Source: Marsupella aquatica
Lineage: Eukaryota > Plantae > Marchantiophyta
Length of the DNA: 64,000 nucleotides
NCBI GenBank assembly: GCA_973895155.1
Contig: OZ316892.1
Location: forward strand, 24,635,133 to 24,699,132
Direction of reading: 5' to 3'
The notes beneath the pieces are model-generated. The model did no database searches, had not been told where the DNA came from, and worked only from the letters and a program-made list of their open reading frames with translations. This document shows positions 22,430 through 36,000 of the stretch, in pieces. Position numbers and translations under genes: made by a program. The first letter of the stretch is position 1; every line of letters begins with the position of its first letter.

Positions 22430-22840
22430 TGGGCAGCACACAAGGGGGCAGTGGCAGCTGCCAAGGAAACTCCCATGCCACCATCAGATGGGGGCAAAGA
22501 GCTAGGCCTGCTGAGCAGCAAAAGAACAGTCCTTTGGGTCAAGGGCTCTAGGGCCGACAAGGTGACCAAAAGCCTCATCACAATAGTCTCAAAAGAAGAG
22601 AGTCGGGACAAAAACATGTGGGTGGGACGAGGGGTGGGAGGCACAGTCCAAACAAGGTGGCCTCGAACAAAGCACTAGACCAGTATCATGAAAGCAATCT
22701 GGATGTCCCCAAGGGCCACTAGCTGGCCAATGTGAACAACGTCCTAAGATAATGCAGCCTGCTAAACATTACACACAAAGGCCTCCTCCTCGAAAGGAAA
22801 TCCCAAGACCCAAATGCACTCAGTCCAAATAAGGATATCG
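22430..22840 (-). pseudogene. Degenerate non-LTR retrotransposon RT C-terminal/thumb fragment (CRE/RLE-like)
   Basis: One frame with stops reads IWVLGFPFEEEAFV...LVALGDIQIAFMIL.*CF...TVPP...LPPSDGGMGV, matching the VLGxP / DxQxA / LPxxxGGxG pattern of RLE-type non-LTR RTs. Confidence 0.65.
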
Positions 22841-24809
22841 AGGGGCGGGGAGAAAGAGTTAGGGAGGGATGCGAAGATCAGACCCCACACTTACAGGGTT
22901 GAACTGAGAGGCCCAAGAGATCCAGCTGGTCGACAAAATGGATGTATGCATCCTTTAAGACTGAAATTGGTGTCACAAGATGAATATCATTGGCTGAGTG
23001 ATTATATTCAGGTAGAATGATGGATGATCGAAGAGGGTATTGAAATTTCAACACAACACATTACAATACAGCAAATGATATGGTCAACAACATTGAATGG
23101 AATAATTTACACATCGAGTGATTAAGGAGCATAAATAAGTGTGAATGCCTTGTAGGCATGCCCCCCCTTGTCTTTGAGTGCACACTCCAAAAGTGCAAGC
23201 TTTGCTAATTGCAAGGTGTCCCATTACTCCCTTTTCATTAACAAGCAGTTTGTACCTTTCATAACTAAAACAATGGCCTGAATTGTTTGGCGAATGACAA
23301 CTTTATAAGTGCAACCCTTGATAACTATACACAAGCACTTATCATTAAGCGCACCGTCCCATCACATTCACTTACTTGATACTGCATGGCATTTTTTTAG
23401 TAGAATAAGATTGCACTCATGGGTAGGGGACTGACTTTTAGGGCATAGATGTAATTGAGGGTCGGAGTTGCCAGACTGTTCATTGATAGAGAATAATTGC
23501 ACATTCTAACAAAGAGATGTAAACCATATACTCTAATTGATAATTGCACATTTTACAGGTTTGCACAAGTTATCACATATTGCAAATCCCTGTTTAGTGT
23601 ACACCAGATGCTTCTTCCCCAGAGTGTGCACAGATAGAGAGACAACTGAGGTATGTAATAATGTACTTGTAACCCTCTCAACATCCTCCCCCCAAAGTAT
23701 GATGGTTGCCCAAATGTGCATTCCTTGACATGAACCACCAATCTTCCCAATCTACGGCCGCTGGAACGGAAACTTAAGGAAAACACTCCCCCCCTCCCCC
23801 CCCCCCCAAACAAAAAAAATAAACCAAAAAAAGTTAAAAAAAATAAATGGAGTGGGCATTGTTCTGGAGTCCATGGCCCCAGGTACTCCAGAACTCTCAG
23901 CTCCAAAAATGAAGCCTGGATGGACTAATACATTGTTTGTGGAGCTTGGATGGGACTTAGCTCAGATGGACTTTCTCAGAATGTTGTATTCAACTCAGAA
24001 AGCATCTATTACGCTTTCCATTCAAAAGTGACCTATTTCAGTAACTTAACCCAATATTCTGTAGCATCGACGCCTGTGGCCAAATGGGTCTCCTTGGTGG
24101 CTTGATGACTTGATGGCCTTGAACTTGAAAATTGTGAAGATGCCATGCCAGTACTTGGACCTACCATTGCTACCCAGTTATCAGTTCACACCCACAAAAT
24201 TTTGTAAGTGTTAAGTGAAGTCATGATTCCGATTATCTTCATGGAGCTAACGGTATTAAAAAAAAAACACAAACTTTGCCATATTTTTTTTAATTTTTTT
24301 TTTAAATTTTTTTATTTTGCCAATAGATTGGTCTTCAGAGAATATACTTCCCCTTGCCCTGGTTGAGGGTAGGCCAGGGTGTTGAGGTTGACGACAAGCA
24401 TCCAATGATGAAATCCAACAGAATGTTTTGGACTATTCTAAACTAGCTAGATGAACAATGAAAGGTGACAATGTAATAATTCAACTGAAAAGAGTGGCAA
24501 AGTATGTAATTGTAGTGTCAATGGAGTAAATCTCACTTTTTGGACATGGTAGAAATATGATGACAAAGAATGTGATGATTGAATAAGTATGTAGCTTACC
24601 TTAAAGAGTAAACCATAGAAGCTGTTATGACTCATGATTGAACAAGTTTTTCCAGACCAATTTGTAAAGAAAATGGGGATCAAAAGAGAGAGAACGTAAC
24701 AGGGGGGATTGATGAAAAAGCACGGTCATGATCGACCAGACTCTCAAAATGCAGCAAAGTACACTATGGCACTGACAACTCCATGTGTTAAAAAAAGTCT
24801 ATTGCATCC

Positions 24810-25170
24810 TTATTATCAAAATAAGAAATGAAATATGTCATCATGTGTCATGATTGAGCAAATCAGCCTTCATGAGTGACAACCTTCATTATTGCATCTC
24901 TTCCCAGGTCTAAAAATATATTTATTGCTTCCTTATTATCAGATTATGAAATGAAATATGCCGTCATGTATCATGATTGAGCAAATCAGCCTTCATGAGT
25001 GACAACTTTATTGCTTCTCTCCCCAGCTTTTATGTCTATAGCTTTCTTATATTTTCTTATTATCAAATCATGATATGAAATTTGGCATCCATTCGTCATG
25101 ATCGAGGAAATCATTCAGCCTCATGAATGACAACTCTGTTGATTCTCTCCAGGTCTTAAAAAACTCTATC
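24810..25170. repeat. ~120-bp tandem repeat (3 copies, plus a detached copy near 25490-25535)
   Basis: TCATGATTGAGCAAATCAGCCTTCATGAGTGACAAC recurs at about 24848, 24971, 25096 and 25505. Confidence 0.75.
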
Positions 25171-26186
25171 CTCCTAATTATTAGATTTTTACTCCAAGCC
25201 CACACTATTATCAATAGTAAGTGATGTTGAGCAAAAATCTTGTCAAGCATTGTGGGGAGTCGATGATTTCAGGTGGCAACTAAAATTCAAAGAGCGTGCA
25301 AGTTAGGGGGAGAGTGACAGGCTGGTGCAGAAAGGTACACAATGACACGTTTAGGTACATCTCTTGGTTATAGGAAAAACTGTTAACGCAATCCAACAGC
25401 CAGGAGGCTTCCTGTTTTTAGAATGCACTTTGTGACTAGACCATGAAAAAGAAAGAGCAGGGTTGCATTTATAATGTTCAGATGAAAGGAAATGTCACCG
25501 TGTATCATGATTGAGAAAATACGCCTTCATGAGCGAAATGGTATGCAGTCAAGGACCATTGTTTAGCTCCCAAGGTTTCAAAGCTCAATCTCCGCTAGTT
25601 GTCAATTTTGCTTCCTGCTGGCTCTGCTAGTGGCCAGGGGAAGTGGCTCGCTGGTATTGTCCCCTAGGAGGCCTGCCTTGTAATATATCTGGATTTTTTG
25701 TCTGTGAATTAAAAATTATTTTAAAGGAACAACCTCTCCTTAGTGGATGACAAGTTTGGTAATGTTTTTCATGAGAATTCCATGCTTCTTGCAGTTTAGA
25801 ACTACTTTTCAGTGACTCCTACTTAACTTAATTTCGTCACCTGTCAGTTTCTTGATGTTGAAGTCCACCTTGTCCTATATTTAGAGATTCATACAGATTA
25901 CCTACAGTAGCTAACATAGCTCTCAGTGATTTGTCATCCAAGGTCCTTATGCCGTTTGTCCTTTATGTTGCTCTTTCAACAATGCAATTTTCTGTTTACT
26001 TCAGGGTTTTAGACTATTTTACTCAAGTGGTGCTTTCTTGAGTGAGACTTTGCCGAGGATCTCTGTACTTCAGTAGACATGTACACTAGTTTGTTACCAT
26101 GGATGATCAAGCATCCATTTTCTCAATATTGATAGTTGTTCAACTATGATTTATATTTCTCAATAGCTCAATATCAGTGGGCTGCA

Positions 26187-27150
26187 TAGAAGATGTCATT
26201 GCACAAAAAATGATATTGCATAAAAATGATGTTACATAAGAGATGTTGTTGCTGAAATGATGTCATTGTGCAAAAATATCATTATGTAGAAAACATTGTT
26301 GTGTGAAAGATGTCATTGCGTAAATTAGACCGTTCAACAAAAGGGGTGTTGCATTTCAGATTTCATTGCTTAATAGACATTGTTGCATAAATGACATTGT
26401 AGTAAAAAACATCAACCACTATAACATCTAATCCTGCCAAAAGGCATAGTCTGTTTACAAATTGACTTTTAAAGTGAATCTATGAGAGCCTTTGGATATA
26501 TCCTCTCACTTTCTTGGGCGGTAGGATCATCTAAAGTTGGGACAAACTATGAACTAAAGGCAAATGTACAAGAATAAGTCTGGGTACAAAGTATGTGAAT
26601 ACAATTCACATGAGTACAGGGAGCGCAAGGTATAAATGGATAGCATGCACTCCATCATTAACGAGTACGTGCTTATGACATTCAACTAGAAAGAGAGAAA
26701 AGAAGATGAGCAAGAAGTATTTTTTCATTTTTGAGTAACTTTTTTATAAAGGTTTTACCTCTTTCCATTTTTGCAAGAGATGGGAGATAGATTTGGGGGG
26801 GTGGTTGTTGTCAGTTTGTTTTTAGTGGGCCATATTTGTTTTTTATTCTGTGTGGTGTGGCTTTTTTTCTATGGGAAGAGAGAGTGGCAACTCTTTTTGA
26901 GGTGCCGGTTTGGAAAACTCTAAGTTGCCAATAGAAAACTATGCAAGAAAGGAAGTAGAATATAGAATCAAATTCTGTTATGATTTTTGTGCATAGATGG
27001 AAGAGGGATGACATCTGTTACACAACATTATCTTTGCGCAATGACATTTTCTCTCCAAACATCTTTTATACGAGATCTTTTGTGCAATGACATCTTCACA
27101 TAAAAACATATTTTGCCCTACATCATCGTTTTGGCAAACAACATCTTTTA
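26187..27150. repeat. Two degenerate ~19-bp minisatellite arrays in inverted orientation (26187-26410 and 27008-27150)
   Basis: GAAGATGTCATTGCACAAAA near 26188 versus TTTTGTGCAATGACATCTTC near 27078; many degenerate units in each array. Confidence 0.6.
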
Positions 27151-27919
27151 CTTTGGGTCTCAACATAACTAGTCATGCAAACCGTGCGGGACTGGTCCAT
27201 TTTTAATCCAAATTTGAAATAACAGTTATAGTTATTTATAAACTAACAACCCTTTCACTATAGGGGCTGCCCAGTTATAATAAACCAAGGTGTGGAACTT
27301 TAACGTTTTATCAAAGGTAGTGCACATAGGTTGGCCACAAGTCAACAGGCCAATGGTCCTAGTGTCCTTTGGTAATTGGTACACATGGCACATAGGCATG
27401 CAGGGGTTGGGTAAGATTTTGGGCAATTTGGGTTTAGTACCAAATTTCAAATTTGGTGGGGTGAGGGGTTTATTTAGGTTTAGGGGGCCGGGGCCACCCT
27501 AAAACTGCTTTTTCCCCTTGAACTTTTAGGGTGCACAAGATCTGGCAAGAGCCATTCATTTCTAGGGTGACTACCCTAGATTGGATGGTGTCAAATCTAA
27601 CGTAATATTGAGAGCCCAAGTAACCACCGAGGCAAGGGGAGGCAAGGGCAGGTGGGGTCTGCCGAGTTGACAAATGTTGTTGGTACTATTGTCCACTTGG
27701 ATTGTCCAATGTGCTAGTTGTGATGCAAGCATAGAAAACTCAGAAGTAGCAATGGCCATTTATGCATACCATTCTTTTTTTTGGATGAAGAATCAAAAGA
27801 AATCAGCTTCATACACAATCCCAAAGAATATAAAGGGGACTTTACAATATCTGGGGGCGCAAATTGTCACGGTTCACCCTTTTTATAAGAGGTCCATTGC
27901 ATATGCTGAAGCTAAATCT

Positions 27920-28264
27920 TGTTGAGCATAGATGACAATCACAATGGTAAGCACATGACACATCCAACGATCAAGTAATCGTCACAAAGAGATACATGGT
28001 TCACCTCCACATGAGGCTATGTTCACGGAAACACACAAGAGCTTTACTGCACTCTAGGTCAAACGGCCATACCAAGCATCCACAGCAAAAGCTCTCCTAT
28101 CTCTCAACTAGCTCCATAACAATGAGCCTAAGTTCCACTTATCCAAGCAAAAACACCGCTTGGCATATAGTGTGCATCCTAGTTAACCTAACCATGTTTC
28201 CAACTACGGTTAGCCTAACTACGGTTACATGTCATAACCCTAGACCTTGAGTAAATACCTAACA
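27920..28264 (-). mobile_element. Solo LTR (Copia-like), 345 bp
   Basis: TGT...ACA termini; perfect 5-bp TSD AATCT at 27915-27919 and 28265-28269; minus-strand CCGTGAACATAGCC...GGTGAACCATGTA motif; shares GGTTAGGTTAACTAGG.TGCA.ACTA with the LTR at 29626. Confidence 0.85.
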
Positions 28265-29625
28265 AATCTATGGAACCAATTGTGTCAGATCTGGAGAAAA
28301 AATGCAAGAATGATCCTGAACTATCATGGACCAAGCAGCCCATTCGTTCATAATTAAAATGCATGGCCACATCTGAAAAAAGGGACATACAATTAGGTGA
28401 CTAGGATGGTCATGGTTTTGCCATATTGTTGCCCCAAGTCCATGCAAAGTGAAATATATTGGTCCTCTTCCCACATGTGAATGGCTATTATTGCATCTTA
28501 AACACAGAAAAAAGGCCATCCTGCAAGTTCTTATTAAGGCCGGCCGTCAAGCGCACTTAGCATATTAGAAGGCAAGTTAGTCCCCGAGGAGCTATTAATA
28601 AACACCAGGGCTACCCGCTGCATGGCTTGGGCAGGGTTTCCCTTTGATTAGAAAAAGTCATGCAGACATCTGCCTAAGCTCAACCCCAACCAACTAACGT
28701 ATCTTTTCTAGGGTTATTTTCCCCTTTGTAAGGACACAAAAGGTAGAAAAGCCACCTTTTTGGAGTGGTTCAAAAACAAGAAAGGATTCAGATGGACGAC
28801 ACAAGAGTGGGTGGGTCATGCCCCCTCAAGCCATGCAGTTTGTGAAGCTGCCCTACTCTATTGAAAAACTTTGTATATCAAAGATGAAGTTACACAAATA
28901 CACCAACCAACAAACTTTAACTCCCAAGGTTGTCTTACCCCTCACCTAACACCCTGTTGTAGCCCTTGAAGTCTCCCACTTAGTCCATCTTAGGTAACAA
29001 GCTCTCTAAACTTACCACTCGACCCATCCACCTTGATCATAGATGTCTTGATTGAATTCAGCTTAGATTAAATACAAGAGATATACTTAATGGACCTCCA
29101 AACACAACTTTTTTTCCTTAATCGACCAAACCATGCAGAATTTTGTCCAACGGAACCAAACATGCAGATTCCCTCCAAGTGGACCTCCAGGCCCACTCCA
29201 TACAACAATGTTCTTGTGAAAGTGTTCACCACACACTAAGTAGCCATAGGGTACCATGGTTGGGGCTGTATTGTAAATGTCGACGATAAGTATGCATTGC
29301 ATGGATCACGCAAGCGCTGTAGCGCCTGGCCGCAATGAAGCACAGGGCTCCCTATTCTAGTTGAATACAAAATGGTTATTTTATTCAAACTGAAAGTAAA
29401 TTAAGGTGCATGCAGCAACATCAAAGCATGCAAGTGCCGTTGTGCTCTAGCCTCTCAACTTTTTAGAATACATTGTGCCTGGCTGTAGTATTCAGATTGT
29501 GATGTATACACAACGCATGTTGTAAGCACAGTTCACACTTGGAAAAAAATCAAGATATACAAATATCAATTTTGATTTTATGCATCTACACTTCGGTTTA
29601 CCCCTAAACTCTAAGTCCTCTAACA

Positions 29626-29977
29626 TGTTGGTACTTAACTCTAGCGCCTGGTTAGGTTAACTAGGGTGCAGACTAACTATGGTTAAGGGTTTCTGGGTTA
29701 GACTAGTGCATGGAGAGGGGGTATACCCTTGTGAGAGCACTTCATAGTGCTCATACTTAGATTTCAATTTTAGAAGTTGAGACAGATAGAGAAGAGGATT
29801 GTCATCGAGCAGCTTGTAAGACTTTGGTAGATCAAAGTACTGGTTTGTGCAGAAGGATTCTACTCTTGGCCGTGGATGTAGCCCAAACAAGGTAAATCAC
29901 ATATCTATGCACGTTGGTGTTGATTTATTGTTTACGCTGGTTCTCAGTGACATTGTGCTGTGTGATTTTTCTCAACA
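29626..29977 (+). mobile_element. Solo LTR (Copia-like), 352 bp, related to 27920-28264
   Basis: TGTTG...CAACA termini; perfect TSD TAACA at 29621-29625 and 29978-29982; CCGTGGATGTAGCCC motif. Confidence 0.88.
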
Positions 29978-30126
29978 TAACATATATAATCTAGTTTGTA
30001 TGCATTGATGTCTATGTCTACAAAATCTAACTGTAACTAGCATTCCGTATTGCCCTCCAATTTACCCCTAAACCCTGAGTCCTCTAACATATATAATACA
30101 TTTTGTATACATTGATGTCCGTGTGT

Positions 30127-30343
30127 ACAAAATCTACCATAGCATGACGCCTAGGTCACTTTGTCAATATATACGAGACCTATCTGCAGTGCTTTGTGTT
30201 GTGTTGCGGTCACATGGCGAATGGTTCAGTTGACAAAATCTACCATAGCATGACGCCTAGGTCACTTTGTCAATATATACGAGACCTATCTGCAGTGCTT
30301 TGTGTTGTGTTGCGGTCACATGGCGAATGGTTCAGTTGACAAA
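30127..30343. repeat. Near-exact 106-bp tandem duplication
   Basis: TACCATAGCATGACGCC... starts at 30135 and again at 30241. Confidence 0.9.
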
Positions 30344-33300
30344 CTCTATGGTCTGTGTATGCATTGTCATCAATGTATACAATGTTATTACATTGGCTCA
30401 TTCAACATTACGGTTGTAGTTGATTGCATTCAGCGTTGCTGTCAAACACCAAAGAAAAGTAGAACATGCTGCATTTAATAGTGTCATTCTCACATTTTAA
30501 GGATTGCACATTGTGCTAGAAGAACATCTTACACAAAATGGTACCTCTATCTGGTGGGCCCAGAGGTCCACTGGGCAAAAATATGGGAGGTTAAGTAAGA
30601 AAGTTGCATTTGGAGTTTCATTGAATATATCTGTTGATAAAATAGTACATATATACATTTCTGTGTGGGTGCAACTATATATTAAAATTTCAGGACTCCT
30701 TGACTAACTTCCAATAGGACCCACACAGGCTACGAAGCCTGCAATTCTACGGAGAAATAATGATAACAACTCAATATTTCCCACAAGACACTGGCAAACT
30801 AGCAAAAGAAGGTAAAAACAAAGGTGTTCGCAGAGTTTATTGCAGTACTTTTTGGTACAATTACTGTCCTTTAAATCACATCCTGAATAACATCTTTCTT
30901 AGTAGCAGTCATTTCAGATAAATGATGTCCAATCATACAATTCACGTAAATCTGACTTTTTCATTCTCTTCTTAGGCTTTTGCTGGGAATGCGATTATAC
31001 AAAAAATTACATGAAACATATTAAGTTTTTTTTTCATGTGTTTTCCTTTCAAAGGTACACCACATGCCTTTCACCACATGCAACCAAAATATGTCCCACA
31101 CATGACTAGGAAAAATACTATGCAACAAAGGACAGTGGTGCATGTAGGGTACAGATACTCACTGGTACATGTACTCACTTGCCTTAGGTAATGACACTCA
31201 AATCAATCAAAATCAGAAACCTAGTAAACAAAAACAGGAGGTGCTTTAAATATTTTATTTAATCTCTCTCAAAGAATTTGTTTGAACCCCTCTTTGACAT
31301 TTGCTAAAGGGACTGGATATTTTCAAAATTCAAAATTCTTGGGAAATAAGAGCCCTAGGATAGCACAGATTGAAACCATTAAGAGGGGTGCAAAAATTAA
31401 TTCAAAATCTAAATAATACAAATGATACACCTTGGTAAGACACATTGAAATAAGAATACACAACAAAAAGTCTGAATAATACAAACTACTGAAAGGTAGA
31501 TTATCCAGAGAGTATATGCGTACAGTGTAGCAGCATCAAAATAATTCATATAGCAACCCACTTCCACAAGTGCCATGTGATTTTCCAAACGATAAAATAT
31601 CAATTTTGAAAGGAAAGCAAGACAATCTCCATTTCCTGTTAGGGTGGCTTTGCAAGATGTGCTGACCCAATGCTTTGCAAGATGTGCGGAACCAATGCTT
31701 CTTTTTATTCCCTCCGAGATTAAATGTAGACAGTAAATGAGTGGAAAAGGTTACAATAAGTCCAATTGGCTGCATAAGAATTTGGGTCCATTTAGGTATG
31801 GTGTTTACCAATCCTATATACATGCAAGCAGTGGGCCCAAGCAAAGAGTGCATATTCTATCTATAATTTCCAAAGTTTGACTCCTTCATTCAAGGGGCTT
31901 GCATTTGTTGAACTTGATTTCAAAAGATCCTTGGACATTGGAGTCTATCTTTAAAACAAAAAGTGACACTATGGTTGCTTTAGTGAACAAAGTCACAAGC
32001 ATCATCTGTTGTATTGTAAAACCACCCTTACTTTATCTCAAAGCTCTTGTACTGTGGTTAACCCGCCACTGGCCATCAGATTTGGGGAGGACAAAATAGT
32101 CAAAATTGAATTTTATTTGAGAATATTTTAGATTTATTTTAGTAGCCTGGATCCACCAGGTTTTGCATGGGGGCCAATGGGGTTTTAAGCCCTAAACATT
32201 AGTCATAAGAAATTGGGTCTACAAGATTTCATTGGTCAACCTCTAGCACCTTCATCAAAGTCGTCTGTAACAAATCTGTCGTCTTCTCATTTTCAGTTAG
32301 GCCAGTTAGACCATAGGCACCCTGGTGATTCCAGAGCTGTCACTTTATCCGTTCTGTTGGTCAGACATGATACTACGGAGGGATAACCAGGTAAATAATT
32401 ATTTGTTCTGATAGTTGGTCAAGCCTGATACTACGTGAACGACAATCTGATTTGGGCAGATTAAACTAGTTATTGAAAATTTCAGTAACCTAGGCTAAAG
32501 TTAGGAGGTGTACAATAACCCATGGGCTATAAACCCCTTGGCTCACGTACCGGCCTCTTCGGATTACAACCTGTAAAACCCCTCTTGCAGTTTTCTGATT
32601 TGTAGTTGTGGACATGGCTATGAGCCATAATTGGAGTGCCAGCTTGGCACAGGGATTACGAGTTTCAGCCATCATGTGTAGCCCGGCTTGAGGTTATGGC
32701 ATTTACTAACATCTGTTACCCTAAAATAGAGAAACTGCAGTTGGGGGTTACGCTTGGTAATCCATAGTCACTTAGGGGGCCATGTGTTACCCCACATTCA
32801 ATGCATGTCATGTGATTTTTCAGTACATTATTGGAGAAGAATACATGATCAGAGATTTGGAGTAGCTGACTATGAAAATTATTGTCTAGTTTTACTAAAA
32901 TTAAGTGTATTCTCGTAGACTTTTAAGTGTATAGTGTTTAATTACCAGTGCATTGCAAACTAATTTTCTTTGATCTTTAAGTAAATTGATGTCTATCTGG
33001 TTTCCAGTGTACTCCGGGCAATAAAAACTAGTTGCTCAAAACTCGAGCCTAAGTTCTCCTTTTTAGGGGGCATTATAGTTCAAAATGCTTCGCAAACATG
33101 ATTTTATTTTATTTTATAATCATTTTTCCAATAAAACCTGCAAAAACCCAAAGAAAGTGAGCCCAAAAATGGCAACAAGGTAAAAGGCATAACCAGGCCA
33201 ACACAAACGGAGGCCGGTTTGAACCTTAAAAGGAAAGATGGGCTTAGCCCCCTATTAAATGAGAAAGGCAATAAAGATGACTACATCCTAAGACCTAGAG

Positions 33301-33544
33301 CGAAAAGGCCATACAAATGGGGCCAGAGTGTAACCATTTTCAGAGCTACATCCTATTCCTATAATTTCTTGTTCAAAAGTCACTTTTCTCCTAGCAATAA
33401 TTAGTACTATAATGGAGGTCAGGGTAGGAGTTCAAGCTTGAACCCTCTCCAAGAAAGCTCAAAAAGACTTCCTTGCTGACCCCTATCACTTCTTCTTCTT
33501 ACACTTTTTCACTCTCTGTTCACAAGGTTATATACTAGTAATGC

Positions 33545-33716
33545 CACACCAGACCATAATTATTCTATACTTGGGATAACCTATGGGGTGGAGTGGGTCA
33601 GAGATATGTCATGTTTACAAGCGATTTGTTCACACCAGACTATCATTATTCTATACTTGTTATAACCTATGGGGTGGAGTGGGTCATAGATAAGTCATGT
33701 TTACAATTTGTTCACA
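33545..33716. repeat. ~86-bp tandem duplication
   Basis: CACACCAGAC...ATAACCTATGGGGTGGAGTGGGTCA...GTCATGTTTACAA occurs twice. Confidence 0.85.
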
Positions 33717-36000
33717 GTCTTCATCAGTAACCTGAATTCCATACAGAAATTACGATATAGTGCAACCAAGACGACTCTATGGCCCGCGCCCCTTTCCAAG
33801 CCACAGTTTTACACTACGGCGCTCAATCAGTCTTCCTTTCCTTCGGTTCCCGACCCCATTCCGCTTCGGCTCCGAGCCTAGTAGCACTAGTCGTGCGGCA
33901 GGAGCGGTCGCAGGACGGAGGGCCGAGAGGACGGAGGGACGAGAGGACGGAGGGACGGTCGAAGGAGTAACTGTAGGAGAAGACGAGGGCACGAGAGAGA
34001 AGACAGAGAGACGACAGAGAGAAGGCCGAACGGTTTGGAGTAGTGTTGTGTTGCACAGCATGTGGACTCGCAATTGGTGTCTCTGGTACGATTGTTGTCG
34101 CGCTCTCTTTCTCGTCTCGTCTCGTCTCTCGTGTCTTCTCTCTCCTCGAGCAGTCGGCTGTCGGCAGTCTTACGAGTCCGGTCTCCGGCCGCAGCGGCGG
34201 ATGCTCGGGGTCGGTACAGCAGCGCTTTTGGCGTTGCAGGATTTGCATCGAATTCGCGCTCGAGGTCAGTCTCATCAGTCCAAGAAGACTCCCGAATGCG
34301 TACGACTGTGTGGGGTGTAGTTGTCATGAATGTTTGCGTTTCACAATTTTAAAATCCGTGAATCACGGCTGCCTGTTTGGACTGTTGTTTCCGCTCATTT
34401 GCTGGCATGATTGTGTGACTGGATTTGTGTTGGTCTCCGTTGAAAGAGAAGAGCCGATTCCATGATAATCGGCTATTATCGGAACCGGATTTCCGTCAGT
34501 TGCTGGACGAGACAGAATTCTTCAGGTCATACCAGGGAGATGCGTTCGTTCAGCGGTACGAGTATAGTGTCACAGTCGGAGACATTTGTTTAGAGAGTAG
34601 TGGCTGGAATTTTCTTTACTTGAATCGTCGTAGCCTCGGTGGTCTATCAGTATTCACGGGAACGAAAGAGAAAGGTCTTTCAAGGCAAGAAAGAGAAAGA
34701 TCTTCTGTGCTTATGTGTGTCGGCTGAACTCCAGTCGCTTTTGCCGTTTTATGACCGATTTCTCGAATTGAGGAAACGTCGGTGATTCTGGATGAACCTC
34801 GGGCGTTTGATCATTGTCTATGTTGGGATTTCTGTCCAATCCGGTTGGACTTTGTTTCATGGTATGAAGCAACGTGCGGGAAGGTAGGCAGTAGGCACAG
34901 ATTTTGTCGTCATACCGTTTGCAAGTCATTGCAATTTTTGACGAGGCCCGTTTCCAGGGCCTTCATGAAGGCTCCGTTTCCGTTGGTACTCACTGTCGGC
35001 AGCGGATAGGATTTTGACTTCCAGGTTCGTGTCTTTGCTCTGCGGCTGACCTGCCACTGGTGTCGTTGCTCACGACATTGCACTGCTGCACTGTCTGCAG
35101 GGTCAGTATGAAAGAGTGTTGTCGCGACATGTCGTGCCACTGCTGACGAGAATTTGGAGAGGCTGTAACAATCTATTTTCAACAACTGTACTACGTTCTT
35201 ATTACTCTTTGAATAATCTGGTCGCCACAGCATCTTTGGAGCACGGATTTGTCTGGACACGAGTTTAGTTCGGTTTGGTGTGATTGAGGTCCATTCACTC
35301 AGATTGCCACGTCACGTCACCGGCGCCATCTGTTTCGTCCAGTGCAAAATTGCTTTCACTGGAGCCAAGGCAAAAGTGAGGCGGCCGAGCCGAGTTCATT
35401 GTGTTCCCGTTCGGAGTGAACGCCTTACTTGCAGCAAGAACGTTCTCTTAAGCACGGGATTGTTGGTCAAAGACATCGGGGATTGCAGATTTCTTCTGAA
35501 CCAGTGTCTCCTATCGTGACATTCGGTGTGTCGGGGATTGTGATAATGGTCTGGAGATGCCTTCTCTTTTCTGCCATTGAGAAAGGATTAGAAATAAGGC
35601 GGCTTACAGCGTCGTCCCACACGACAAGAAAGGCAGATCACAGCGAATTATTGTAGAGTCCCTGCCAATTCCTGCCAGGCGAGCCGCCTTTCGCAGCTTA
35701 GTATAGTGGTGATGGCTGGTCGGTTCATTCTACGAGGGCAAGACGAATCAGATACGTTACGACTATCGTCTTTCGTTGCCATATTCCAGATTCTCGTGTG
35801 ATAAGTTTTTTCAATTTCTATTCCCGGCGGGCACTAGAGAGGACTTTAATCTACTCAGTTTCTTTACGAAGTCTGCTCGAAGGATGTCTGGAAGATTCAC
35901 CTCTGCAGACCTCGCTCCTGGGGATAGTCTATCTCAGACTTGAAGACGAAAATTTCTTACGCGTTGTCATCTGAGGGATTTTTATCTCAGCAATAGGATC

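Noticed and set aside
25720-26110. Possible decayed exons on the minus strand (DKVDFNIKKLTGDEIK)
   Set aside because: Short, interrupted by stops, and no family recognised.
33760-34465. Overlapping 98-186 aa ORFs on both strands
   Set aside because: GC-rich, low-complexity promoter/leader sequence with no domain signature.
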